64,000 nt of DNA from Octopus sinensis (taxonomy: Eukaryota): contig NC_043016.1 in the NCBI RefSeq assembly GCF_006345805.1, positions 23,746,001 to 23,810,000 on the forward strand, read 5' to 3'. Of the stretch, positions 1 through 11,975 are shown piece by piece. Every line of letters starts with the position of its first letter. The first letter of the stretch is position 1. The translations under genes were made by a program, and so were the position numbers. The notes beneath the pieces were generated by a model, which saw nothing but the letters and a program-made list of their open reading frames with translations, was not told where the DNA came from and searched no databases.

Positions 1-29
1 ATAGTTATGGAGCCATTGCAGATTTCTGA

Positions 30-510
30 TAGTTGTTAAAGAGGATAACAAACATTAAGGTAAGGCAAACATCTCAAGTCATATACAATGTTATTATTGG
101 AAAAAATTCAAAGTCTTACAGCTGTTTCTGGGATATCCCTGAGTATGGGATATTTTGACATTAGAGACAAATAGGGAAAAATAGGGAAAATGAGAATGGT
201 ATATATTGATATGACAACAGAGAGGGAGGGAGTAAAAGAATTGGGAGATGGAAAGAAAGAAGAAAAAAGAAGAAAAAAGAAGCATAAAAGTTCATAGTTC
301 AACTTTCCGAAGTTATAGAAACAAGAGCATGAGTCCTTAGGAGCAATCCTGCATAGATCCATGTGTGTTAAAATCTTGATATAGTAGACATCCAGAGAAA
401 AAAAGATGTGAATATATCAACATTCAATAACAATATTTTCCAATAATAATATTGTATACAACTTGAGATATTTGCCTTAACTTAATGCTTGTTATTCTCT
501 TTTACAACTA
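30..510. mobile_element. Inverted-repeat element (about 73-bp imperfect terminal inverted repeats) containing a hammerhead relic; Penelope-derived or MITE
   Basis: 30-102 (tagttgttaaagaggataacaaacattaaggtaaggcaaacatctcaag...) is the imperfect reverse complement of 438-510. TA dinucleotides occur at both ends. Confidence 0.65.
113..168 (-). ncRNA. Degenerate type I hammerhead ribozyme motif
   Basis: Minus strand reads gtct-CTAATGT-caaa-atatccc/atactca/gggatat-ccca-GAAA-cagctg-TA-agac. Stem I (gtct/agac), stem II, the palindromic stem III and the GUA triplet are present. The core has 2 changes from CUGAUGA. Confidence 0.45.
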
Positions 511-855
511 TACATGCACACACACACACATGATGACGATGAAATATATTTATATATACACATGTGTGCATGTGTGTGTAATTTTGTTAGGAAATACCAA
601 ATTTTGTTTTATTCAATAAACAAGGTGGGGGAAATCTTCTCTTAAATAATTTTCAGTAACAATTGACAGTTTAAGGTCGAAGATTAGCTCTCACTTGATG
701 AAATCAATAGTGCTTTCAAAAGTGATTGTTTAAAAATTATTTAAAAGAGAATTAGAGTAAATTCATAGGTTTATCTTTTCAGATGTTGTCTAGACTCCAG
801 TTTGTGTTGGTTTAGATATACAGCAGTAAATTTCATTCTGGAAAATATATATTAT

Positions 856-887
<32 letters not shown>

Positions 888-1459
888 GACAAAAAGAGTT
901 GTCAATGATGTATTATTGATGATGCTTTTGTTGTTTCCATTGTTGTTGTTGATGTTAGTGTTCTTGTTTTCATTGTTGTTTCCAGATTTAAAATAGTCCC
1001 AGTCATGACCACTCCATCTTTTATTGAGTTTAAGTGACTATATTGACCAGTGTGACTTTCAGATAATAGATAATGATTTGAAGGGAATTTGAAGGGAGTT
1101 GATATTTCTTGGAGGTATCAGTACATAATATCTTATTGGTGATAGATTTAAAGAAAAAAAAATGGCCTTTGGTATATTTGGAATAAATCTAGTTTTAAGA
1201 AATAAAGAATTGCGTTATTGTTTCTTATATCTGATCTATTGTACATGTATGAGAGCCATTGTTGACTCAGAAGAAATTCAGGTATAATGCTTACAGAGTG
1301 CATTGAAGTTTGTGTGGGTGGTTGACATTAAGAAGAGCATCCAGGTGTAAAAACCATGCCTAAATAGACACAGAAGTATAGAGTAAGTGCCTGTCTGGTC
1401 AGCTCCTGCCAAACTGTCCAACCCATGCCAGCATGGAAAGCAGATGTTAAACGATGATG

Positions 1460-1830
1460 ATGAGGCATGGCTGTTTGGTAAGAAGCTTGCTTCCCAACCA
1501 CATGGTTCCAGGTTCAGTCCCACCACATGGCACCTTGGGTTAGTGTTGTCTACAATAGACTTCAACTGACCGAAGCCTTGTGAGTGGATTTGGTAGATGG
1601 AAATTGGAAGAAGAATATATACATGTATATATTTGTGTGTGTGTCTGTGTATGTACCCCTGTTATCACTCGACAACCGACGATGGTGTGTTTCTGTCCCC
1701 CATAACTTAGCAGTTCGGCAAAAAAGTCTGATAGAATAAGTACTAGGCTTACAAAGAATAAGTCCTGGGATCAATTTCTTCAACTAACATCCTTTAAGGT
1801 GATGCTCCAGCATGGCTGCAGTCAAAGTAA
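1460..1830 (+). mobile_element. SINE family A (tRNA head, CORE-like segment, internal microsatellite), decayed
   Basis: Contains catggttccaggttcagtccc, ggcaccttggg, and the 3' tail ctccagcatggctgcagtcaaa. Confidence 0.75.
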
Positions 1831-1849
1831 AAGAATAAAAGAATATATA

Positions 1850-2165
1850 TACAGAGAGGGGGAGGGAGGAGAGAGAAAGAGAGAGGGGTGAGAGAGGAAA
1901 GAGGAGTGAGAGAGGAGAGAGGGGAGAGGGGTAAGAGAGAAGAGAGGGTGAGAGAGGAGAGTGGGGAGAGAGGGGGAGAGAGGAGAGAGGAGAGAAGGGT
2001 GAGAGAGGAGAGAGGAGAGAAGGGTGAGAGAGGAGAGAAGGGTGAGAGAGGAGAGAAGGGTGAGAGAGGAGAGAGGAGAGAAGGGTGAGAGAGGAGAGAG
2101 GGGTGAGAGAGGAGAGAGGGAAGAGGGGTGAGAGAGGGAAGAGGGGTGAGAGAGGAGATAGGGGG
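1850..2165. repeat. GA-rich polypurine low-complexity tract
   Basis: Runs of (gagaggagag/aagggtga)n. Confidence 0.9.
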
Positions 2166-4205
2166 TGAGCGAAAGGGTAAGCATTAAACCCCCAAGGTTC
2201 AACTGGTACTTATTTTTATTGACACCAAAAGGACGAAAGGCAAAATCACCTTTGGAAGAATGTAACAAATCAGAAGAACTAATGCAAAAGCAATTTTTCC
2301 AATGCTGTAATGACTGACAGCACACCACAACCCCAAGAAATTAAATAAAATATCATCATCACAATTCTTCAACCTGCTGCAATCACATCACTCAAAATAC
2401 ATTGAGAATTCCTATCATTGAGTATTAGATTCATGATCGTAAGATTGTGCTTTCGATTTCTGGGTTGGGAGATGTATTGTGTTCTTGAATAAAACACTTC
2501 GTTTCACATCACTCCAGTTCAATCAACTTGTGTAAAGTGAGTAATCGTGCAATGGACTGATGTTCTATCCAGGGAGGAATAAATATGCCAGATAAACTGT
2601 GTGGACTAACCATCACAACACTTGCATTTGGTTTCCTGAATTAGTCATAACAAGAACTTAGTGAGACAAAGATAAAAACTCATCATTCATTCTTTGAACC
2701 TTTTATGTGTGAGCTACCAATCCCAACCAGTCAAGTTGGGTTGTATATTTCATCCTTTCAATTACTAAATATAAAATATGGCTCTGTGAGACCTTCATTC
2801 AGATGATTTTCATGAGACACCATCTCATCTTTGAATGCTAATCCGTCACAAGATTAGCCATTGAATTTCTAATTAGCTGCATGTATTGGTGCAATGTGAA
2901 ACTAAGTGTTTTGTTCAAGAGCATAACAAGTCAGTTCTCCATAACCAGTCAGGGAATCATAAACCAAAATCTTACAATTGTGAGTGCAACAACCTAACCA
3001 CTCAGACACCCATAAACTGATTAGTTGTTACAAGAAGTTTTAACATCAACTGGAACTTAGACTATATTTCCTTTTCAAGGAAGGCAGGTGGGACTCTTAA
3101 ATTTGTTGTAACACTGCTTGATACCCAGTTTGTAACACTAAAGCAACATCTCCAACAGACAGAGGGAGGAAAAAACTGCTTAACAGCTATCTTGTTCAAT
3201 AGAAATGAAAACATCATTAAGTTAGATAGTGAACTTGAAAAGGGAGGTATGAAATTGAGATCTATATAGCTCTCACTCCCTAAGGAATATACTCAAGGGA
3301 GAAAAGGAACAAAGTCTGCAAGACCTGCTTAAAATGTAAAGAGAGTGTGACTGTGCAAAGTAATGAAAAAACAAGACATCCATCTTATTTGAATATATAT
3401 ATATGTGTGTGTGTATATGTATATTTATATTTGCTATATATATATATCTATATATATTATATATCGTATATATTATATATGTATACATTATATATATAGA
3501 TATGATACATTATGTATATAATTGCCACAGACACACACACTCACATGCACACACATACATGCACACACACACACACACACACATGCACACACATATACAT
3601 ATATGTAGAACAATTTGAATTATATGACATGAAATGAGTATTTAGATCTCTGCATGAATCTTTTTACATTGAAAAAGAAATCTGAGTAGAGAACTTATGT
3701 ATTATAATCAAAATTTTGTCCTGGTGGTTTCCATAACTACAAAGATCACAGCGTACTCACAGGAAAAAAAAACAAAAAAACAAAAACATGGATTTGGTTT
3801 TGAAATTCTGTAATTATGTCAACTCTTATGTGTTTTAGAGAAGATTATGTTTAATTTATGTATTGCAAGTCTAATACATTTCCTACATCTTCTCTTCAAT
3901 CGAGATTCTTTCAGAAAATGTCTTTGATGAAGTGAACATGTAAGAAATACACCTTAAGTGGCTATGTGTATTGCTTCCATAAGACATAAATATGTACATA
4001 TATATATTTAAATCAATGATGGTGTACAGTAAGATCCATGATGGTAGAATCCGAGAAGTATAAAGTGTTTCAATGGTAATTCGGGTGGAGTGATGTAGAA
4101 TGGTTCAGGAGAAATAGTAAAGGTCTAAGAAGAAGGTAGGAAATGAAATGAAGGTCCAAGGGAGGAGGATGTTCAGTCAGGCAAGATCAAACTTGCCTGA
4201 CTGAA

Positions 4206-4438
4206 GGCGGCAAGCTGGCAGAAACGTTAGCATACCTGGTGAAATGCTTAGTGGTATTTCATCTGCTGTTATATTCTGAGTTCAAATTCCACCAAGGTTG
4301 ACTTTGCCTTTCATCCTTTCGAGACCTATAAATTAAGTACCAATTACGCACTGGGGTCGATGTGGTTGACTTAATCCCTTTGTCTGTCCTTGTTTGTCTC
4401 CTCTATATTTAGCCCCTTGTGGGCAATAAAGAAATAAG
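4206..4438 (+). mobile_element. SINE family B (tRNA-derived)
   Basis: ggcggcaagctggcagaaacgttagca...gagttcaaattcc (B-box-like)...gcctttcatcctttc...gtgggcaataaagaaataag. More than 15 copies occur in the window. Confidence 0.85.
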
Positions 4439-5198
4439 ATCAAACTTGGTGCCCACGTGAGTGTATATTATCTATAGTTCAAAATTGTACAAAAGACAAA
4501 AAACAAAAAGTGAAGGAACAACAAACAAGGTGTATTAGCTTGACACATGCAACCATTAATCCAAACATTTTTTCTTCTCTCTCTCTGCATTTTTTTTTAC
4601 TGTTCTCCATCTGTTTTTTCTCCTCATTCCTTTCTATAGAAGAGCATAGGTTTGAAATGTCAAAGACTCTTCCACTTTTCCTAAGTGTCAAACAAATACC
4701 CCTTGTTTATTTTCCCTCGCTTGTCTAAGCCTTTTGTGTGCAAGTGCGTGCGCATGCGTGCACACACACACACACACACACACAAGCACAATAAGTTGAC
4801 AAAAATTAACTGCACTTTTGCAAAAACTTTCTTTATGAAGGCTGTGTATGCTAAAAGGTGTCACTCTTGTAGTTACATAACTGAGATTTAATCATGATCA
4901 CTCTACTTTTCTATCTTGTGTTATTGGAGATATACTTACAAAAGACTGGAAATGAATGATACTGCTTGTATGACAGTGACACTAATTGTACATCATCATG
5001 CAATTAGAAGTTAAAGGTACAGTACCCCTCCACACACACACATCAAAGTTATACTGGGACGGGATTTTCTATGTCTGGATACTCTACTTATCACCAGCCC
5101 CTATTTGTTTACAAGTCAGGTAATCTGCTAGTATATCAAACAATGACTCTTGTAGTTACATAACTGAGATTTGATCATGATCACTCCACTTTTCTATC

Positions 5199-6615
5199 TT
5201 GTGTTACAGAGTAAACTTAGCTGCTCCACTGGCAGTGTGCACCAAGGAAGAACAGAGATCAGTGATCTGTTGTCTCTGGTCTGAAGGTGTGTCAGAGACT
5301 GAAATTCATCACAGACTTTCAGTACAATATGAAAACAGAGCTTTAGTGAGTAAAAGTATATATGAGTGGATCGAGAAGTTTAAAAATGGGCAGACAAGTG
5401 TGAAGTATGAAGAAGGAGCAGGATGCTCCAAATTTCTACCACTGATGTGAAGATTCTTATTTATTTACTGCCCACAAGGAGCTACACACAGAGGGGACAA
5501 ACAAGGACAGACAAACGGATTAAGTTGATGATATCAACCCCAGTGCATAACTGATACTTATTTAATCGACCCCGAAAGGATGAAAGGCAAAGTCGACCTC
5601 GGTGGAATTTGAACTCAGAATGTAGCAGCAGATGAAATACCACTAAGCATTTCGCCTGGCGTGCTAACGTTTCTTTTCTGCCAGCTTGCCGCCTTCACTG
5701 ATGTGAAGATTCAACAAGCTCCATTGACAATTCTGGCAAGCCAATGAGTGACGATCAAGGAGGTGGTATGTTCTTTGCAAATTAGTTGTGGTTTTGCATA
5801 TGAAATCATCCAAGAAAAGCTTTGCTCCCATAAAGTCCATGTGAGATGGGTACCAAGAGAGCCTACTGAAGCATATAAGTGCAGTTGTGTGGAGATCTGT
5901 CAATACTGACTTGACCACTACAGGGGCAAACGTGAAGCTTTTTTGGAGAGAATAGTCACAGTAGAAGAGATATAGGTCTATCACTTTTAGCCAGAATCTG
6001 AAAGGAAGTGTGAAGTGGAAACACCTGGAGTCATCAGCGAAAAAGAAATTCAAGACTTGACTTAATGCAGAAAAAGTGACACTAACCATTTTTACAAGTG
6101 TATAAGGGCCTGTGGTGGAACGTTACCTGGAAAAGGGGTCTACAGTCACAGTGTAGTTTGTAGTGAAATACTCTCCAACAAACTGGAACCAGTAATTTAC
6201 ACCAAACACTGAGGTCTATTGTCAAAGGAAGTGTTAATATTGCACAACGATGCACATCCACATATGGCTGCCCACACCATTGAAACTATTGAAATATTGG
6301 GTTTTGAGTTGCTGGAATACTCTGCATTCAGTTCAGATCTCCCCACCTCTGACTATCATCTCTTTGGGATGTTCAAACATCATTTACAAGGTTGATTTGT
6401 TATGGAAGAAGATATGCAGGAAGTAGTGCATAAATGACTGCATGACCAACTGAAAGCCTTTAATGGAATAAGCAAGTTTATGGACCATTGAAAGAAGTGC
6501 ATAAAAAAGCAAGGAGACTATGCCATTGCCATAAAGTGATGCAATTATTCAACCCATGCTTTTGCTTTAATAAATTACAGAAACAAGAGAGTGCATACTT
6601 TTTAGCCTCAAGCCA
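5199..6615 (+). pseudogene. Decayed mariner transposase, interrupted by a SINE
   Basis: N-terminus CTKEEQRSVICCLWSEG..EIHHRLSVQY..; RWVPREPT (WVPREL motif); RIVTVEE; SSDLPTSDYHLFG (YSPDLAPSDYHLF-like). Many stops and frameshifts. Confidence 0.85.
5457..5695 (-). mobile_element. SINE family B with 17-bp target-site duplication
   Basis: TSD cactgatgtgaagattc at 5440-5456 and 5696-5712. Confidence 0.9.
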
Positions 6616-6810
6616 TACAGTCTGGTGGTCGTGTCGTCTGCTAGAAGATGCTAAGGGTTTGCTCTCCTGCTTGCAATATATATTAGGCGCAGATTGCATT
6701 GATAACCAGCTGGAGGAGGTTCCTTTTGGGGTTAAAAATGGTAGTAACATCAGTTACTATGGAACAGTCATATTGATATTGTGATAAACATTATATATAC
6801 ACATACATAC

Positions 6811-6884
<74 letters not shown>

Positions 6885-6885
<1 letters not shown>

Positions 6886-7036
6886 TGGCGTTAGGAAGGG
6901 CATCCAGCCGTAGAAACACTGCCAGATTTGACTGGGCCTGATGAAGCCTTCTGGCTTCACAGACCCCAGTAGAACCGTCCAACCCATGCTAGCATGGAAA
7001 ACGGACGCTAAATGATGATGATGATGATGATGATGA
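6885..7036 (+). mobile_element. RTE-clade LINE 3' tail (or RTE-mobilised SINE) ending in (GAT)n
   Basis: ttggcgttaggaagggcatccagc...ccaacccatgctagcatgg...gatgatgat. The same tail is attached to RTE RT sequence at 16060-16980. Confidence 0.8.
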
Positions 7037-7065
7037 TATATATATATATATATATATATTATAAA

Positions 7066-7283
7066 TACAATAATATGTTACTTTACTCGGTAGTCAAGAT
7101 AAAACTCTGAGTTTCAGATGCCGAAGTGGAAATCCACAACACCATCTCTTCGGTTATCTGGCTATTTGAAAACGCGTTTTCAAATAGCCATATAACCGAA
7201 GAGATGGTGTTGTGGATTTCCACTTCGGCATCTGAAACTCAGAGTTTTATCTTGACTACCGAGTAAAGTAACATATCATTGTA
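7066..7283. repeat. 218-bp near-perfect palindrome (no loop)
   Basis: Centre aaaacg|cgtttt at 7174/7175. The arms are 109 bp with 2 mismatches by eye. Confidence 0.95.
7192..7250 (+). ncRNA. Hammerhead-like motif (mirror copy on - strand at about 7099-7157)
   Basis: ataa-CCGAAGA-gatg...catc-t-GAAA-ctc-a-gag-TT-ttat. Variant core (U4C) and one extra nucleotide before G12. Confidence 0.5.
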
Positions 7284-8377
7284 TAGATAAATTTCCTCTA
7301 TTTACATAATATTGAGGTCTCTTTCTTTCTTTTGTTATCTTACCGTTTTAGCAATATATATATATAATATATATATATATATATAATATATATATAGAGA
7401 GAGAGAGAGGAGAGAGAGAGAGAAATAAATACAAATAACAAGGAAACAACAAGAGTCTGTGGGACATTCACAATTTGTATTATTAAATTGACATTCCATG
7501 AAGGAAAATTAGTTATCAAGTAAAAGTAAAATGATTCTAATATAGTCTTTTGTTGGATTTTAGAGGAAACTCCTGGAGAGACTGGGCAAAGAAGAAAGAG
7601 AGGAAAAGAGATATAAAAAAAAGAAGATAACCAGGAAAAAAATTCACATGTGGATTATTAGACTCATATGACTTCTGACTAAGCAGAAGTGTGAGAGTTA
7701 ATTGTGGTTTTAATGACTGTCACATAAAAGGAAGGAAGAAGGCGATATGATAATGAACTACCTATTAGAATGCCTCATGGTCCCAGCAGACAAAATGGAA
7801 AAGCGTTGCCCTGGAGGATGGCATGGGAGATATGCTGGAACAGCCACTCTGACTCATGAGGTTTGCAGATACAGAAGTGCCTGTTGATACGTGTGCATGT
7901 GTGTGTTTGTGTACATGTATCTATGGTATATATGAGTGTATTTGTTCATGTATGTATGCCTTCTTCCTTTCATTATTTAATTATTTATGTATTTATCGAA
8001 CAGTTTAGTAAGCATACTATTGAAAAGTATACATTATTCAAGTGATCCTCCAACTTTAATTTTTTTTTTTTCCTCAAACAGTCCAAATATAATTGTACTT
8101 TTAAGTTAATCTGTATGAAAACAGGTTCCCAGATTTCAAAGCAGTTTGATAAGTGCCACACACAAAACTCTCAACCCTTCAATCTCTTTGTCTCTTTTGC
8201 CAATTATAAATAGATAACATGCACTCATGTTTAAGTCTTACCGATCTTGCCTGCACTACAAACCTATATATATATATACACACATATAGATACATAGATG
8301 GACAGACAGATAGTTATGTGTGTTGTGTGTGTGTGTGAGTATATATATATATATATACTTACTTATATGTATATATA

Positions 8378-8431
<54 letters not shown>

Positions 8432-8461
8432 AGTATCATTTTGTATATATAAGTATATATA

Positions 8462-9257
8462 TACGTGGTCTGATAAATAATTATCCAGACTGTTGCCATA
8501 GTAATGAAACTAAAGCATGCAGAGTGAATCCACTTGGCAAAGATTGACCATGAACTCTGCTGTGCATGCACACTAATTTTGACATTTAAGCTTACTTCTG
8601 CTGTTTACAGCAGTACTTGGAAAGAAGGTGTGTAGCGTGTGATCAATGCTTTGACAATGACAGAGCAAATTTTGCCAAAAGCTTGGTGATACTTGCCCAG
8701 AGGCCTATGCAGAGTTTTCAAAGAGTTTTCATCATTCTCAACACAATCAAGGAGATCTTGTACAACTGAAACCCAAGTGTCCATTTGATCAGCTGAAAGT
8801 AGTTTTGGCACAAACTTGGCAGATACGCATCTCACACACAAATCTTCAGTGATAATGGACTGAACTGTAACTAATCTGATAACTTATGGATGGTGATTCA
8901 ATGATTTCCCCTCACAGCTGCATGCAGATCTGCAATTTTTTTCTCATTTCTCTTGGTTGAGGGTCTCTCAGAATGTTTGTCAATATCGACATTTTTTTGT
9001 CTAGCTTGACAATGTCTGAACCACTCATACATTTGTGTGCAGCTCATACATTCCTCTCCATACCCTTTCTACAACTCTGCATCAGACTCTGTCATGGTCA
9101 ATGCGACAGTCACATGCTACATACCTTTCTTCCAAGCACTGCTGTAAACAATGGAAGTGAGCTGGAACTTTAAAACATAGTGTGCATGCACAACAGAATT
9201 TAAGGTCAATGTTTGCCAAGAGGCTTTACGCTGCATGCTTTAACTTTGCTACTATGG
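8462..9257. mobile_element. Non-autonomous mariner derivative with long inverted 5' ends
   Basis: About 8490-8610 is the inverted repeat of about 9140-9257. It starts TAcgtggtctgataa. An internal - strand relic reads SAKFVPKLLSADQ..VSVVQDLLDCVENDEN. Confidence 0.75.
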
Positions 9258-9371
9258 GTTTTGAGTTGCTGGAATACTCTGCATTCAGTTCAGATCTCCC
9301 CACCTCTGACTATCATCTCTTTGGGATGTTCAAACATCAGTCTAAATACTTATTGATCATACCTTATGTAA

Positions 9372-9409
<38 letters not shown>

Positions 9410-9419
9410 AATTTGTATC

Positions 9420-9890
9420 TTTGTGGTACCAGTGCCGGTGGCACGTGGCACACAATAAAACCATCCGAACGTGGCCGTAGCCAGTACTGCATCGACTGGC
9501 CTCCGTGCTGTGGGCACGTAACAAGCACCATCCGATCGTGGCCGTCTGCCAGCCTCGTCTGGCACCTGTGTCGGTGGCACATAAAAAACACCATCCGAGC
9601 GTGGCCGTCTGCCAGCCTCGTCTGGCACCTGTGTCGGTGGCACATAAAAAAAACCATCCGAGCGTGGCCGTTTGCCAGCCTCGTCTGGCACCTTGTCGGT
9701 GCACATAAAATCCACATCACCCACTACACTCTCGGAGTGGTTGGCGTTAGGAAGGGCATCCAGCTGTAGAAACACTGCCAGATCTGACTGGACTGGTGCA
9801 GCTTTCGGGCTCCCCAGACCCCAGTTGAACCGTCCAACCCATGCTAGCATGGAAAGCGGACGTTAAATGATGATGATGATGATGATGATA
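9420..9890 (+). mobile_element. RTE LINE 3' UTR with about 60-bp tandem subrepeats and (GAT)n tail
   Basis: Repeated caccatccgagcgtggccgtctgccagcctcgtctggcacctgtgtcggtggcac, then the RTE tail. Confidence 0.8.
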
Positions 9891-9927
9891 TATGTATGTA
9901 TATATATGTATATATATGATATATATG

Positions 9928-9981
<54 letters not shown>

Positions 9982-10014
9982 ATATATATATACATTATAT
10001 ATATACGTAGGTTC

Positions 10015-10260
10015 TTTTATTCTATAAACTTTTGTGTTTCAGTCATTTGACTGTGGCTATGCTGGAGCACTGACTTTAGCTGAACAAACCAACCCCAGGA
10101 CTTATTCTTTGTAAGCCTAGTACTTATTTTATTGGTATCTTTTGCCAAACTGCTAAGTTATGGGGATGTAAACACACTAACATCAGTTGTCAGCAATGGA
10201 GTAAGTGACAAATGCTGACACACACAGATATATACACATATATATGTGTGTGTGTGTGTA
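10015..10260 (-). mobile_element. SINE family A, 3' half
   Basis: tgtttcagtcatttgactgtggctatgctggagcac...ggacttattctttgtaagcctagtacttatt. Confidence 0.8.
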
Positions 10261-10719
10261 TATATATGTATATATATAAAGTGTATATATATATATATTT
10301 ATACATGCACACATATATATCAAGTATATGTGTGTGTGTGTGTATGTGTGTGTGTGTATGTGTGTGTGTGTATAAATATATGTATATACTTATACACACA
10401 CATTTAATTTTAAATTAAATTCTATACATAGAAAATAGATTCATATGTAAATACAAACACACACATACATATGTACACACGCACACATACATATGTACGT
10501 ATGTACATATGCATGAACATACATACATTCATACATATATACATACATACAAACATACATATGTACCTAAATTCATAGATACATAAATCATACTGACTAC
10601 AAATGTAAATTATGGATGAAGCATGACCACGAACATTCTTACAGAGAGGTATTTCAATAATAGCAGATGCATCAGAATAATCAGCAGTAAGAACATCCAT
10701 GGAATAATATTTTTGTAAT

Positions 10720-11060
10720 GCGTAGAGAGTTCCATAGAAGGTGTTAATAGTTTCTCTTACCTCGGTGACCTGATCAACATTGGAGGTGATTTACTCTGAA
10801 AGTATGGTAACCAAGGAATGAATGGAGTTATGAAAAGTTGAGGGAGCTGTTGCTCTCATACAGTCTACTCTTTTATGCCAACATTGGCAACAATTTACCT
10901 GTTGTTGCCTTTGTTGGTAGAAAATGGTAAACTGAATGATGTTTGTATGTCAAATAAGATGATGCATGGTATCAAAACATGGGCGCTGAAAGTAGAGGAT
11001 GTGCAAAGATTGAAGGGAAATGGGATAAGCATGGTTTTCTTGAATGTGTTATGTTTCTGT
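10720..11060 (+). pseudogene. Decayed RTE reverse transcriptase C-terminal fragment
   Basis: EGVNSFSYLGDLI; GKLNDVCMSNKMMHGIKTWALKVEDVQRL aligns by eye with the RTE fragment at 16370-16674. Confidence 0.65.
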
Positions 11061-11149
11061 ATATAAGAACAACTGAGCTCAAGCAAGTAGGGAGAAAACC
11101 TGGGTATTAGATGATTCAGCTGTAGTGTGATTTGATGAAATCTATGATA

Positions 11150-11156
11150 GACATGT

Positions 11157-11196
<40 letters not shown>

Positions 11197-11345
11197 ATGT
11201 GTGTGTGTATGTGTGTGTGTGCATGTGTGTGTGTGTATGTGTGTGTGTGTATATGTGTGTGTGTATGTGTGTGTGCATGTGTGTGTGTGTGCATGTGTGT
11301 GTGTGTGTGTGTGTGTGCATGTGCGTGTGTATGTGTGTGTGTGTA
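11150..11345. repeat. (TG)n compound microsatellite
   Basis: Direct inspection. Confidence 0.95.
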
Positions 11346-11373
11346 AATGCAATATGGCCAGATAGTTATGGAG

Positions 11374-11975
11374 ATGTTATGAAAGTTGTGAAGACAGACA
11401 TTGAAGTTATTTTTGATAATTTGTCTTCAATATTTTCTAAATTAGTGGGGTTAGCTTGTCTTATGTTGATCAAAATATGGAAAAACTGTCAACCATACTA
11501 TCAACATTTCCACCATGTTTCACTCGCTTACGCAGCTTGTCATTTTTGATAATACACATTTCAAAGAATCGTCATCTCTTATTTAGAAAGTTGATCACAC
11601 ACTTATACACGCATACATGCACACATACATACTCACACATGCAATCATGCACACACACACATATACATGTACATGTGTACATGTGCAGAAGCACACATAC
11701 TTTCATAAACTCACACAAGTTTACACATACACACACACACATGCAAACACACATGCACGCACACATGTATACATGTATATGTGCCCGTGTGCACAAACAC
11801 ACACCTCTATGTATATACTTACATAAACTCAAACAAATTTACACATAGACAAATGAGAATACATAGTGAGAGAGAGAGAGAGACTAACACTATATAGTTA
11901 TATAGTTGTTCAGACTAGCACATGTGTTTACATACACAAATAAACACGCATTCATATACATACACACACATATAT
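11374..11975 (+). repeat. Left arm of a long inverted duplication (partner 15090-15599)
   Basis: The outer ~235 bp are about 98% identical to the reverse complement of 15364-15599. The inner part is visibly more diverged. Confidence 0.9.

Noticed and set aside
3911-3935. Micro-exon tctttcag|aaaatgtctttgatgaagtgaacat|gtaaga, and similar signals at about 802, 21640 and 27640
   Set aside because: Splice-like signals of this strength are expected by chance in AT-rich DNA, and no consistent reading frame or homology links them.
6940-6965. ctgatga-agcc-ttct-ggct as a hammerhead
   Set aside because: No GAAA or stem III follows; it is a variant inside the RTE tail.
9182-9769. 195-aa ORF
   Set aside because: A chimera of a mariner arm, the 85-bp copied segment, (TA)n and RTE 3' UTR repeats.
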